NCBI GenBank assembly: GCA_964568145.1
Contig: CAZMOZ010000002.1
Location: 178,849-242,848, forward strand
DNA: 64,000 bases
Direction: 5' to 3'
Source of the DNA: an uncultured Verrucomicrobiota bacterium
GTDB taxonomy: Bacteria > Verrucomicrobiota > Verrucomicrobiia > Limisphaerales > J093
Shown here one piece after another: positions 46,399 through 56,200 of this stretch (within the stretch, counting starts at the first letter, position 1; each line of letters begins with the position of its first letter). A model generated the notes under the pieces. That model was not told the origin of the DNA, did not search any database, and saw only the letters and a list, made by a program, of their open reading frames with translations. Made by a program: the position numbers and the translations under genes.

Positions 46399-46693
46399 GA
46401 CGGGGTTTGAGCCGCAGGCGGTTTGAGCGCGCGGATGATGAGGAAGACCGACGCAAGTGCAGCGCGGCCGTGAGTTTGCGGCGGCTCCAACCGCTGATCA
46501 CCCGGCCGTCCACGACCGTGATCGGCAGCACTTTGCGGTAGCCGAGCACGACCTTGGCCAGAGACTTGGGTCGGGTCAGCACGTTGACTTCGTGGAAGGC
46601 GACGCGGTGTCGGCGGAGGAAGGCGCGGAGGCGGCGGCACAACAGACAACCGGGCAGCGTGTACAGCGTGACTGGCGGAGCGTCTGGGGCCAT
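46373..46693 (-). CDS. Glutaredoxin/NrdH-like small redoxin
   Basis: [31 protein letters not shown] (CxxC in a thioredoxin-fold context). The low-complexity C-terminal tail overlaps the convergent gene by 26 nt. Confidence 0.6.
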   Translation of the reverse strand: MAPDAPPVTLYTLPGCLLCRRLRAFLRRHRVAFHEVNVLTRPKSLAKVVLGYRKVLPITVVDGRVISGWSRRKLTAALHLRRSSSSSARSNRLRLKPRLTVRSGRR

Positions 46694-46724
46694 GGCGGTG
46701 CCGGCCGGGTTGTCTGCCGGAGGG

Positions 46725-46800
46725 TGGTGGAGCCGAGGGGAGTCGAACCCCTGACCTTCTCATTGCGAACGAGACGCTCTACCAACTGAGCTACGACCCC
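46725..46800 (-). tRNA. tRNA-Ala (anticodon CGC), CCA encoded
   Basis: Hand-folded cloverleaf: acceptor GGGGTCG/CGGCTCC with a G3:U70 pair, anticodon loop TTCGCAA, T-loop TTCGACT. Confidence 0.95.
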
Positions 46801-46937
46801 GACCCTCTCCGGTGGCGGCGGTGGTTGCCGCGGCCACGCGGCTGACTATGCGGGCCCGTCCACGCGCCGCAAGCGCAAATCGGGCGCGGTTCAACGAGCG
46901 GGCGCATCGTGCGTGTGTGCCGGTCTGGTCATGACTT

Positions 46938-46961
46938 GATGGGGTGAGACTCCGTCGAGCC
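46938..46961 (+). repeat. R3 core, degenerate copy
   Basis: gatggggtgagactccgtcgagcc followed by ggttcgtggttcatgaacc words. Confidence 0.55.
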
Positions 46962-47037
46962 AGGCTGTTTGGGCTCCGGTTCGTGGTTCATGAACCGAGG
47001 ACTCAGGGCTGCGGATTCCGCGGCCGCAATTCGCGTC

Positions 47038-47062
47038 GGTGGGGCGAGACTCCGTCGAGCCC
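47038..47062 (+). repeat. R3 core GGTGGGGCGAGACTCCGTCGAGCCC
   Basis: Exact 25-mer, about 100 nt after the previous copy. Confidence 0.6.
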
Positions 47063-47095
47063 TGACCTTCCAGGGCTGCGGTCATCAATCCGCGG

Positions 47096-47189
47096 TCCCC
47101 GCGCGGGCGGGTCGCCCGCGGCACGGACCCAGGCGAGGTTGCCTGGGCCGCCACGGCCCGTCTGCCGCCGGCATGAAATTGAAATGCGC
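47096..47189. repeat. R5 element (~95 nt) upstream of the pseudopilin gene
   Basis: ccccgcgcgggcgggtcgcccgcgg...cccaggcgaggttgcctgggcc...gccggcatgaaattgaaatgcgcc. About 80% identical by eye to 51890-51981. Confidence 0.55.
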
Positions 47190-47269
47190 CGCGGACGCGC
47201 CATCCGCGCAAGTTTGCTTCCCTCGCCGCCGCGCCTGCGCTAGTTTGCCGCCGTCAGCACTTCCAAGTC

Positions 47270-48079
47270 ATGCGACCGCGCGCGCTTCAGCGATCAGCCG
47301 TCCGGGCCGGGACACCGTCCGGCTGGCATTGGCGGCTGTCCACCGCCGGCCCTGATCCGGCTCGCAGCCGGCCAGGCCAGCACGGATTCACCTTGATCGA
47401 ATTGCTGGTGGTGATCGCGATCATCGCCGTGCTGGCGGGCTTGCTGTTGCCGGCCCTGGGCCGGGCAAAGGCGCGGGCCCAGGTGACCTTCTGCCAGAAC
47501 AACGAACGCCAGCTTGCGTTGGCGCTGACGCTTTACGCGCACGACCACCGCGGGGTGTTCCCGCCGCGCGCCGACCAGAACCGCTGGCCCACACAGCTCC
47601 AGCCCGGCTACCAGGATGTGAAGGTGCTGCTCTGTCCGAACGATGCGACCAACCGCGCCCGCCGCGCCGCCAGTCCCGGCGCGCGGCCGCCCGCGCCGGA
47701 CGCGGCGCCGCGCAGCTTCATCATCAATGGCTGGAACGATTACTTCCAGGAGGTGCTGCGTCTGCCCTTTTCGGCCATCGGCGGCAAGAGCATAACCGAG
47801 AGCGCCATCACCAAACCCGGCGAGACCATCGTCTTCGGCGAGAAGGTCACGGGCTCGGAGCATTTTTACATGGATTGCTTCGAGGGCCAGGGCAACGACG
47901 TGGACCAGATCGAACGCGCGCGGCACCTGAGCGGTGGCCGGCAGTCGAATGTGGGTTACTCGAATTACGCCTTCGCCGACGGCAGTTCGCGGCTCGTGAA
48001 GCGCGGCCAGCTTCTTTACCCGCTCAATCTCTGGATGGTCACCGATTACTGGCGCACCAACCGCGTCTTCAGCAAATAG
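47270..48079 (+). CDS. Prepilin-type N-terminal cleavage/methylation domain protein (DUF1559-like, H-X9-DG-type C-terminus)
   Basis: [25 protein letters not shown] and a C-terminal ...[13 protein letters not shown]. Confidence 0.8.
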   Translation: MRPRALQRSAVRAGTPSGWHWRLSTAGPDPARSRPGQHGFTLIELLVVIAIIAVLAGLLLPALGRAKARAQVTFCQNNERQLALALTLYAHDHRGVFPPRADQNRWPTQLQPGYQDVKVLLCPNDATNRARRAASPGARPPAPDAAPRSFIINGWNDYFQEVLRLPFSAIGGKSITESAITKPGETIVFGEKVTGSEHFYMDCFEGQGNDVDQIERARHLSGGRQSNVGYSNYAFADGSSRLVKRGQLLYPLNLWMVTDYWRTNRVFSK

Positions 48080-48128
48080 CCCCCGGGCGGCCGGTGGTTT
48101 TCCCAAACCTGTTCAATTTCCACGACAC

Positions 48129-48995
48129 ATGAACAACCCCCACCCATTCCCCACCCTTGCCCCCGCCACACTGGCCGGCCTCGCGGTCTGCCTGTGGTTG
48201 TCCAGTCCGGCACACGGTGCCGAGCCGCCGGCGACCGCCGCGTTGCGCGCCGGCACGAATTTCATTGCCACGCCGGTGTTTTCCGCCGAGGCCGACGCCG
48301 CGCTGCTCAAACACTTCGAGGGCCTGCGTGTGGCCGATGTGTGCGACGGCATGGACGCCGTGGGCCTGCCCAACCGCGGCCTCATGTCGCCCGACATCCA
48401 TCCGCTCTGGCGCGACACCGAGCGGTACACACACCGGTTCGTGGGCATCGCCGTCACCACGCGCTACATCCCGACGCAGCTCCCGCACGCCGGCCAGATG
48501 AAGATCGAGGACTACGACAAGTGGGCGGGCGAGTGGTACACCCGGCGCTCGCCCGAGCCGTTCATGAACCTGTTGCGGCCCGGCTCCGCGCTGGTGATCG
48601 AAGACGCGCCGGACAGCGACGTGGGTTCCATCGGGTCGAACAACATCCTGGCGTGGAAACTCCGGGGCTGCGTCGGTGTCGTCACCAGCGCCACCGCGCG
48701 CGACACCGACGAAATCATCACCGAGAAGATTCCGCTGTACTTCAAGCGACCGGGACGCGGCATCCGGCCGGGGCGCAACGAAATCGAGTCCGTCAACCGC
48801 CCCGTGGTGGTGGGCGGCGTCACCGTCGTGCCCGGCGACGTGATCGTTGCCGACAGCGACGGCGTGATCGTGGTGCCGCGGGCGCGGGCGGAGGAGGTGG
48901 CGCGTTACGCGCGGAAGATTCTCGACGGCGACAAGGCCGGCCGCCGCAGCCTGTACGAAAAGCTCGGTCTGCCGCCGGACGAATCCGTGAAGTGA
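48129..48995 (+). CDS. RraA-family (RraA / HMG-CHA aldolase fold) protein with an N-terminal signal peptide
   Basis: Signal LAGLAVCLWLSSPAHGA. GSNNILAWKLRGCVGVVTSATARDTDEI and VVPGDVIVADSDGVIVVP motifs. Confidence 0.8.
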   Translation: MNNPHPFPTLAPATLAGLAVCLWLSSPAHGAEPPATAALRAGTNFIATPVFSAEADAALLKHFEGLRVADVCDGMDAVGLPNRGLMSPDIHPLWRDTERYTHRFVGIAVTTRYIPTQLPHAGQMKIEDYDKWAGEWYTRRSPEPFMNLLRPGSALVIEDAPDSDVGSIGSNNILAWKLRGCVGVVTSATARDTDEIITEKIPLYFKRPGRGIRPGRNEIESVNRPVVVGGVTVVPGDVIVADSDGVIVVPRARAEEVARYARKILDGDKAGRRSLYEKLGLPPDESVK

Positions 48996-49333
48996 CACGC
49001 CCGGCGCGAGAGCCGTACCACGCGCCTTGTCGCGTGGTTGAACAGACGAGCCTGTAGCCAACCCGGTTGGCCGGCGGTGGGGCGGCCAACCGTCCACCGC
49101 AATGCGAAGCCGGCTCCAACGCAGCGCTCAAGGGGGTAATCCGCAAAACTGGTTGCCATGCCGGGCGGGGTTGCCATACTCGACCCCGCTTGGGCGGCAC
49201 CGGCAGACGTTCCCAACCGGGCTGGAGGATTGACAACGCAGGCCGAGAACCAGGCTTGCTTGACCAAGGTCCAAGTGGTGACAGCCGGTTTCCCCAGCCG
49301 AAGGGGGCGCTTCGGTTCACCGCCGCGCTGGCA

Positions 49334-49408
49334 GCCAGTGTAGCTCAGTGGCAGAGCAACGGTTTCGTAAACCGTAGGTCGTCGGTTCGACCCCGACCAC
49401 TGGCTCCA
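49334..49408 (+). tRNA. tRNA-Thr (anticodon CGU), CCA encoded
   Basis: Hand-folded: acceptor GCCAGTG/CACTGGC, anticodon stem ACGGT/ACCGT with loop TTCGTAA, T-arm GTCGG-TTCGACC-CCGAC. Confidence 0.95.
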
Positions 49409-49576
49409 TATTAATTGCTTTTACATAAAGGAGTTGCGTAGGCGGTGGCAGGCAACTTGTCTGCAAGACTTCAGCGAACTCGTTGTCCGGCACCGACTGG
49501 CCCGTCACTGGAACTCACAGCCCCACCACGGTCCGCGTCCCGCATTCAGCCTTGTTCAGGCTCTTCTGCAAAGAGC

Positions 49577-49640
49577 GATGAAACCGAAGTTGGGCAGGCG
49601 GGATGCACTGCGCTACGGCCAACTTCGGTTTCCGGGATGA
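49577..49640. repeat. R1 REP-like hairpin element, copy 7 (inverted loop)
   Basis: gatgaaaccgaagttgggcaggcgggatgcactgcgctacggccaacttcggtttccgggatga. Confidence 0.7.
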
Positions 49641-49775
49641 ACCAAGGCGGCGACGCTGGATCATTCCCACATCGTGCCGGTCTGTGAAGTGGGCGAGGTA
49701 GGGAGGCGGCTCTTTCTCACAATGCGCTTCGTCGAGGGAGGGACACTTGCGCAACGTGTGATGGCAGCGGGCAAT
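49641..49775 (+). pseudogene. Orphan fragment of a Hanks-type Ser/Thr protein kinase (subdomains IV-V only)
   Basis: Translates to TKAATLDHSHIVPVCEVGEVGRRLFLTMRFVEGGTLAQRV, matching the LxHPNIVxVYxxGE...YxVMEYVxGxxL region. A stop lies immediately upstream (inside the R1 copy), and no catalytic HRDLKP follows. Confidence 0.55.
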
Positions 49776-49927
49776 CCGAGGCGGGAGCGCCCCGGGTCGG
49801 CAGGGCGAGGCCGCCGGGCGCCACCGCAATCCAGCGCGCTTCCTCATAAAAGCAGCGACGTGTCCCGGAATGGCGCGCGCACTCCGCGCTTGCCTGCGGC
49901 CCGGCCGCCCGCATTCTGCGCGTGACC

Positions 49928-51778
49928 ATGCAATCCCCCTCCTGGAAGGAGCGGTTGAGCGAGAAACTGGCGGATTACCCGCTCTTGCGGACGTTGCTGC
50001 TCAACCCGTGGTTTGCCCTGGCGTTCTTTGCGGTCGCCCTGCTCGGCCTGGGCACCGCCGTCTGCCTGCCCAAGGTGTGGCTGACCACCCCGCCGGACTT
50101 CACGCCGGTCATCAAGATCAGCATCCTGGACATGATCCAGGCGCGCTCGCTGCGGGCCTCGGCGCGCCGGCACGCCGAGGCGGGCCGGCACCGCGAGGCG
50201 GCCATCGCCTGGCAGTCCGCCACGGCCAACGACCCCGGCAACCTCGAGCTGCACCGGGCGCTGTTTCGTCATCTGGCGCAGGCGCCGGTAATGCCGCTGT
50301 CCCAAGTGAACCGCGCTTTTCGGGGCATCGCCTGGATGCTGCAACTTGGCGCGACCAACCAGACGGACCTCGAATTGGTGGCCACGGCGCTGGACCGGTA
50401 CGGCCTTTCGGAAGATGTGTTCACCCTGTTGTCGCCGCAGGCCGGCCGGCTTTCGCCGTCGCTCGAAGCGGCTTACTTGAAGGCGCTGTTCCAGGTGGGG
50501 CGGTACGACGAGTTTGGCCGGCGCTGGGAGCGGGTGCAACCGCAGGTTGCCGCCGATGCCGAACTGGCGCTCTGCCACGCCGCGTACGTGGCCGGCTGGG
50601 GGTCGTTGGAAGACGCCGCCACCGCCCGCCAGCAGGTGCAGCAGGCCCTGGACGATCCCCGGCTGGGGACTTACGCCTGCCGGCTGGAGATGTCCGTGTG
50701 CGCGCAACGCCTCGACGTGACGGGGTACCAGGAGGCGTTGCGGCGGTTGCAGGCCGGCTCCCACGACCGGGTGCTGGACCACGTCCGCTACTGGCGGCTG
50801 TTGCACGCCACCGGCCGGACGGCCGAGGCACGCGCGCGCGCGAACACCTTCAACCGCCCGCCGCAGTCGGGTCACGAGGTGGTGCAAATGGCGGAGGTCT
50901 TGATCGCCCTGGGGCTCAACGCCGAGTGCCTCGATTTCCTGCAACGCCAGGTGCGGGAGTTCGGCCGGAGCTACAGCATCTGGAGCGTCGCCGTCTGGGC
51001 GGCGTACGCGGATGTCCTGATCGCCGGGCGGAACTGGGAGCAGTTGAAGGAAGTCGCCCTGGAGATGCGCGCCCTGCCGGCCGGGGCGCAGGCGGCGCTG
51101 GGCGGCTTCAGCCAGTTCCTGGAAGGCCGGGTGGCGTACGTGCAAGGCTCGCCGGCCGCCGCCCGGGCGGCGTTCACCGAGGCGGTGCGGCTGGGCTTCC
51201 CGCTCGGCCGGGTGGGGGTGCGCGTGGCCCGGCAGCTCAATCAAATGGGCTTCGCGGACCTCGCGCTCGAGACGTTGCGGCCGCTGGAGCCGCGCTTCGA
51301 GAACGACCTGTTATACTGGAAGGTGGTCTTCGACGCCAGCTACGCCCTGCGGGCGGACGACACGCTGCTGCTGCGCGCCGCCGCGCGGGCTTACGAACTG
51401 GCGCCGCAAAGCACGGAATGGAAGTTCAACTACGCCGCCGCGCTGCTCATCGGCCGGCGCCGCCCCGAGCAGGCGCTGAGCCTGACGCTGGACCTGCTCG
51501 AAACAGACGGTCGCACCCCCGGCGGCCTCATCAACCACGCCATCGCCCTGAGCCTCAATCATCGTTACGACGACGCGGCGGAAATCCTCCGGGAGATCAA
51601 CCCCGAGCGCCTGAACGAACCCCAGCGCGTGGCCTACCAGATGGCTTGGCTGGACATCTACTACGAAGCCGACAATTGGGCGGGGGTGCGGGAAAGCCTG
51701 CGTCACGTTGACCCCGCCGGGCTTTTCCCCTGCCAACAACGGTGGATTGAGGAAATCCGCCAGGCGATGCCCAAGTAG
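49928..51778 (+). CDS. Membrane-anchored TPR-like helical-repeat protein
   Basis: ATG at 49928 (a GTG at 49922 is also possible). TM FALAFFAVALLGLGTAVCL, then Ala/Leu/Arg-rich helical repeats. Confidence 0.55.
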   Translation: MQSPSWKERLSEKLADYPLLRTLLLNPWFALAFFAVALLGLGTAVCLPKVWLTTPPDFTPVIKISILDMIQARSLRASARRHAEAGRHREAAIAWQSATANDPGNLELHRALFRHLAQAPVMPLSQVNRAFRGIAWMLQLGATNQTDLELVATALDRYGLSEDVFTLLSPQAGRLSPSLEAAYLKALFQVGRYDEFGRRWERVQPQVAADAELALCHAAYVAGWGSLEDAATARQQVQQALDDPRLGTYACRLEMSVCAQRLDVTGYQEALRRLQAGSHDRVLDHVRYWRLLHATGRTAEARARANTFNRPPQSGHEVVQMAEVLIALGLNAECLDFLQRQVREFGRSYSIWSVAVWAAYADVLIAGRNWEQLKEVALEMRALPAGAQAALGGFSQFLEGRVAYVQGSPAAARAAFTEAVRLGFPLGRVGVRVARQLNQMGFADLALETLRPLEPRFENDLLYWKVVFDASYALRADDTLLLRAAARAYELAPQSTEWKFNYAAALLIGRRRPEQALSLTLDLLETDGRTPGGLINHAIALSLNHRYDDAAEILREINPERLNEPQRVAYQMAWLDIYYEADNWAGVRESLRHVDPAGLFPCQQRWIEEIRQAMPK

Positions 51779-51796
51779 CGGTCTGCCGGCGGCGGT

Positions 51797-51865
51797 TGAA
51801 CCCGAAAACCGAAGTTGCGCGTGGCGCCGGATTCCCCTTCGGCTCAACTGCGGTTTTCGGATTCG
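51797..51865. repeat. R1 REP-like hairpin element, copy 8 (loop variant GGCGCCGGATTCCCC)
   Basis: gaacccgaaaaccgaagttgcgcgtggcgccggattccccttcggctcaactgcggttttcggattc. Starts 19 nt after the TPR gene stop. Confidence 0.6.
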
Positions 51866-51889
51866 GGGCTCCAGTCGGTAGAGCGCAGA

Positions 51890-51981
51890 CCCCGCGGGCG
51901 TGTCGCCCGCGGCCCGGCCCCAGGCGTGGTCGCTTGGGCCACTCTGGCCCACCCGCTGCCGGCACGAAACTGATGTGCGCC
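51890..51981. repeat. R5 element upstream of fba
   Basis: ccccgcgggcgtgtcgcccgcgg...ccccaggcgtggtcgcttgggcc...gccggcacgaaactgatgtgcgcc. Contains a perfect hairpin CCGCGGGCG-tgt-CGCCCGCGG. Confidence 0.55.
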
Positions 51982-52087
51982 CGGCGCCCGGAGCAGCCCA
52001 CCTTTAGGCTTTGCGGAGCTTCCGGCCCGGTTATACTACGCGACGGGTCGCTTTGCCGCGCCCCGAGTGCAATCAACCACCAAAATT

Positions 52088-53053
52088 ATGCCACTCACAC
52101 ACACCCGAGACCTGTTCGCCAAGGCCCTCAAGAGCAAATACGCCCTGGGCGCCTTCAACGTGAACAACATGGAATTGCTCCAGGCCATCGTCGAGGCCTG
52201 CGAGGAGGAAAAGGCGCCTGTCATCCTGCAAATCTCCAAGGGTGCCCGCCAGTACGCCAACCCGGTGTACCTGAGGAAGCTCATCGAAGCCGCCATCAGC
52301 GTCACCAACATCCCCATCGCCGTCCACCTTGACCACGGCGACTCCTTCGAGCTGTGCAAACAGTGCATTGATGAAGGTTTCACCAGCGTCATGATTGACG
52401 GCAGCCACCTGCCCTTCGACAAGAACGTCGAACTCTGCAAGCGGGTCGTGGAATACGCCCACAAGCACAACTGCGTGGTGGAAGGCGAGCTGGGCCAGCT
52501 CGTGGGCGCTCAGCACGACGACGGCGAGGAAGGCGGCGGTTACTCGAAGGGCGGCGTGTACACGCACCCGGACGAGGCGGTGCAGTTCGTGAAGCTGACC
52601 GGCGTGGACTCGCTCGCCGTGGCCATCGGCAACTCGCACGGCGCGTACAAATTCAAAGGCGAGCAACACCTCGACATCGAGCGGCTCAAGGCCATCAAGA
52701 AGGCCCTCATTGACGCCGGCCTGGGCGATTACCCGCTCGTCCTGCACGGCGCCTCCAGCGTGCCGAAGGACATCGTCCGCGAGATCAACCAGCACGGCGG
52801 CAAGCTGGGCGAAGACACGGCCGGCGTGCCCGAGGCTGACATCGAGATTGCCCGCCGCACCGGCTGCACCAAGGTGAACATTGACACCGACCTGCGGCTG
52901 GCCATGACCGCCGCCATCCGGCGGGTCTTTGCGGAAAACCCGAAGGAGTTCGATCCGCGCAAGTACCTCGCCCCCGCCCGGCAGAAGGTGAAGGAACTGG
53001 TCCGGCACAAGGTCAAGAACGTCCTGTGCTGCGCCGGCCACGCGTTTGACTGA
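52088..53053 (+). CDS. fba: Fructose-bisphosphate aldolase, class II
   Basis: GAFNVNNME, VILQISKGA, VHLDHG, VEGELG and GNSHGAYKF motifs. I prefer the ATG at 52088 over the GTG at 52067. Confidence 0.93.
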   Translation: MPLTHTRDLFAKALKSKYALGAFNVNNMELLQAIVEACEEEKAPVILQISKGARQYANPVYLRKLIEAAISVTNIPIAVHLDHGDSFELCKQCIDEGFTSVMIDGSHLPFDKNVELCKRVVEYAHKHNCVVEGELGQLVGAQHDDGEEGGGYSKGGVYTHPDEAVQFVKLTGVDSLAVAIGNSHGAYKFKGEQHLDIERLKAIKKALIDAGLGDYPLVLHGASSVPKDIVREINQHGGKLGEDTAGVPEADIEIARRTGCTKVNIDTDLRLAMTAAIRRVFAENPKEFDPRKYLAPARQKVKELVRHKVKNVLCCAGHAFD

Positions 53054-53086
53054 GCCGGTCGCGCCTGCTTGCAGGCCTGTAAAGTT

Positions 53087-53118
53087 GAGGGCGGGAGCAA
53101 TCCCGTCCTCTTCTTTTT
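53087..53118 (+). terminator. Rho-independent terminator of fba
   Basis: GAGGGCGGGA-gcaa-TCCCGTCCTC (one G-U pair) followed by TTCTTTTT. Confidence 0.65.
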
Positions 53119-53185
53119 AACCCGAACACCGAAGCTGGCCCTAGCGCAGTGCGTCCCGTCTGCCCCACTTCGGCTTTCGGGTTTA
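53119..53185. repeat. R1 REP-like hairpin element, copy 9
   Basis: aacccgaacaccgaagctggccctagcgcagtgcgtcccgtctgccccacttcggctttcgggttt. Confidence 0.75.
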
Positions 53186-53236
53186 AGGTTCATGAAAGGA
53201 ACACGACGCGCCACGGGCGGGGGGCAGATTGCCGCC

Positions 53237-56200
53237 TCACTCCGGCCGCACCCGCAAGCGGTAGAACCTCTCGGCGGCCCCCGCCGGGTCGAGCAGTTGG
53301 AACGCCGTGTCCCCGCCGGACACACCATTGGTCAGCGCGGGCCATGGTGGTGAGGCGAACAGGCGGTCGCTGTATTCCACGGTGTACACGCGGTTGCTCA
53401 GGCTGAAAAACTCCAGGCGAACCGCAGCCTCGCCGGGCACGGGAGTGATGGTCAGCCGCAGCACAGAGACGGGCTCGAGCGGCCATGTCCCGGCGTAAAA
53501 CTCCTCCAGATTGGTCGCGCCGTCCCGGTCAGGATCGTCACCGGCGTCCTTCAGCACTGGATTCAGCCCGTGCTCCCACTCCCAGCCGTCTGGCATCCCG
53601 TCGCGGTCCGAGTCAGCTTCTGAGTGCATCATCTCGTAAGCGCCCAGGTCCGGCGCGGCGACACCGTCGTTGTTCCCGTCGAGAGGGCGGCGCACGAGCC
53701 TGAGGTCGTGCGCCGAGGCGTAAAGCGGATCGCCGGCGTCAAGGCACGGCGAGTCCGGGCGCAAGCGCCAGTCGCCGTTGCCGGTGAAGCCGGGCGGCAC
53801 GCTGAGGTCCGTGGCGCCAGCGGGCAGGTTCACGTAATCCTGACGCTGGTTTGCGAGGTTGTTGCGCGCGAGCACGGGCCGGGCCAGCGGTGTCGAGGGA
53901 ATCTGGTAAAGACCGGACGAATTCGAGGCAAAAATGTTGTTGGCGATGACGAGGCGTTCCGGGTTCGCCGTCAGCACGAAAGCGAGGCCGCCGCCCATTT
54001 CGGAGAACAGGTTCGTCGCCACGTTCCCGGCGATGGTGTTGTGGACGATGGACACCGTGCCGGTGGCGCCCGGCAGCACGCTCCAGTAGATGCCGCCGCC
54101 CATGCCGCCAAACGAGGTTGGGTCGTAGGCGCGGTTGTCGAGGATCAGGTTGTTCTGAACGCGCCCCTCCGGGCAACCGGCGGCGTGAATCGCGGCCCCG
54201 GTGCCGGCGACGTTGCCGCGAAACGTGTTGGCTTCGATCAGGCAACTGTCGTTTTGGAGCAGCGTCACCGCGCCCTGGTTCGCGCCTAGGTACAGCGGCA
54301 GCGGGTACGTGTTGTAGAACGCGTTGCTCTCGATCAGGTTGCCGCGCAGGACCGGAGCGGAATGGAGGGAGTACACGGCGGGGCCGTAGGGCGCCTGGTT
54401 GCGCCGCAGCGTGTTGCCCTCGATCAGCGGTTGGGAATAGCGCTCGCAGTAGATGCCGCCGCCGCGGCCGTCGAAGGTGTTCAGGATTTCGTTGTCCTGA
54501 ATCGTGTTGCTGCTGATGAGCGGATAACTGGTCCGGCAGTAAATGCCCGCGCCGAGCGACGCCTGCCCCGGCGGGGGCGTCACGTTGTCGTGGGCGAGCG
54601 AGTTGGATCTGATGAGGTTGTGGCGGATGTTCGGGCTGGAAAGGTTGAGGTGCAGCCCGCCGCCGTTGCCGCCGCGGCCGTACTTGTTCAGCCCCGCCCC
54701 GCCGGTGTGCCGGCCGCCGCCGGTGACCGTGAACCCGTCCAGCGTGCTCACCCGGAAGCCGGAGTTCTGGAACACCACCACGTTGGGAAGTTCGTTGCCG
54801 TGGATGACCGTTGGCCGCGTCTGCGGGTCCCGCTCCGCCCGACCGGTTTCCGTCCCGGCGAATCCGCCGTACAGGTGGACGAAGGCCGGCACGATCAGGT
54901 GTTCGCGGTATGCGCCCGCAGCCACCCAGATTTCGCCCCCGCGCAGCTTGGCGTGATCAATCGTCGCCTGAAGCGACTTCCTGGCGGTCGCCCAAGACAA
55001 TCCGTCCGCGGCGTCGTCGCCGTCCGGGCGGACGTGGAATCGCGCCAGAACGGTGCTCCACGTCTCGCCCGCAGATTCATCCGCGCCGATGTCCATGCGG
55101 CCGCCGGCGACGCGCGGCTGCTCGTCAATGTCCTGCCAGTCCGCAGCCCCGACGAGGTTGGTGCCCGCGTTGACGCACGGCGAATCCGGCTGCAGGTGGA
55201 AGTCACCGCCCTCCACGCTGGCCAGTTTGGGACCGGCGGAAATGTTGCCATCCCGCCCGGTGCGGGAGGCCAGCCCGGTGTAGTCCGTCGCCTCGTCGAA
55301 GAGCCGGTTGCCGATGACGCAGTTGAACTCGATCACGGCGTTGGTGGGCGTGCCGGGCGCCAGTTCCAGGCCCCAGGGATTGAAGGCCACGAGGTTGTTC
55401 CGCAAGACCGGCAGCAGCGCCACCAGTGGCGCGGCGGCACTGCCCCAGAAAATCCCCGCGCCGTTGTTGGCGACAATCGTGTTGTTGAGCACCTGCGGCA
55501 CGCCGCCGTTTGAGTCAATCAAGGCGATCCCGCCGCCCTTCCAGCCACCGTTGGCGGCCACGACGTTGTTGCGCAGCACCGGCGAACTCATCGCGGTGGG
55601 ATGCGGCCGGCCGTCCAGATCATCGGCGGTGGCGAAGATGCCGCCGCCGCCCACCGGCACCGCCACGCCGTCGAGGGTGAACGCCGTGTTCGCGGAAATG
55701 ACGTTGTTGGCAATCAGCGGCGAGGAATCGCGCCAGCAACTGATGCCGCCGCCGTTCTGCCGGGCGAAGTTCCACGCGATGACGTTGTGCAGGATGCGCG
55801 GCGAGGCGTCAATGCACGCGATGCCGCCGCCGTCGTAGGCGTAATTGTACACGATCACGTTGCGCTCGAGGGTCGCGACGGCGTTCGTGGCGAGGTTCTT
55901 GACCGACACGCCCGCGCCGTAGGCCAGCGCCGCCGTGCTTTGGTTGTCGCGGATGACGTTGTGCCGCACGACCGCCGCGGTGTTCACAAGCCGGACGCCC
56001 GCGCCGGCGCCGCGGCGGATCGTGAAGCCGTCCAGGATCGTGCCCGGGCCGCCGGCGGAGATCAGCACCACGATCCCGTTGGTGGTGCCGTCCAGCACGG
56101 TCGTGTGCCGCACCCAGTCCCGGGCGGCGAGGTCAGTTTCGTTCCCGGCAAAACCGCCATACAAGGCCACATCCGGCTTCAGTTCGACGTGCTCGGCGTA

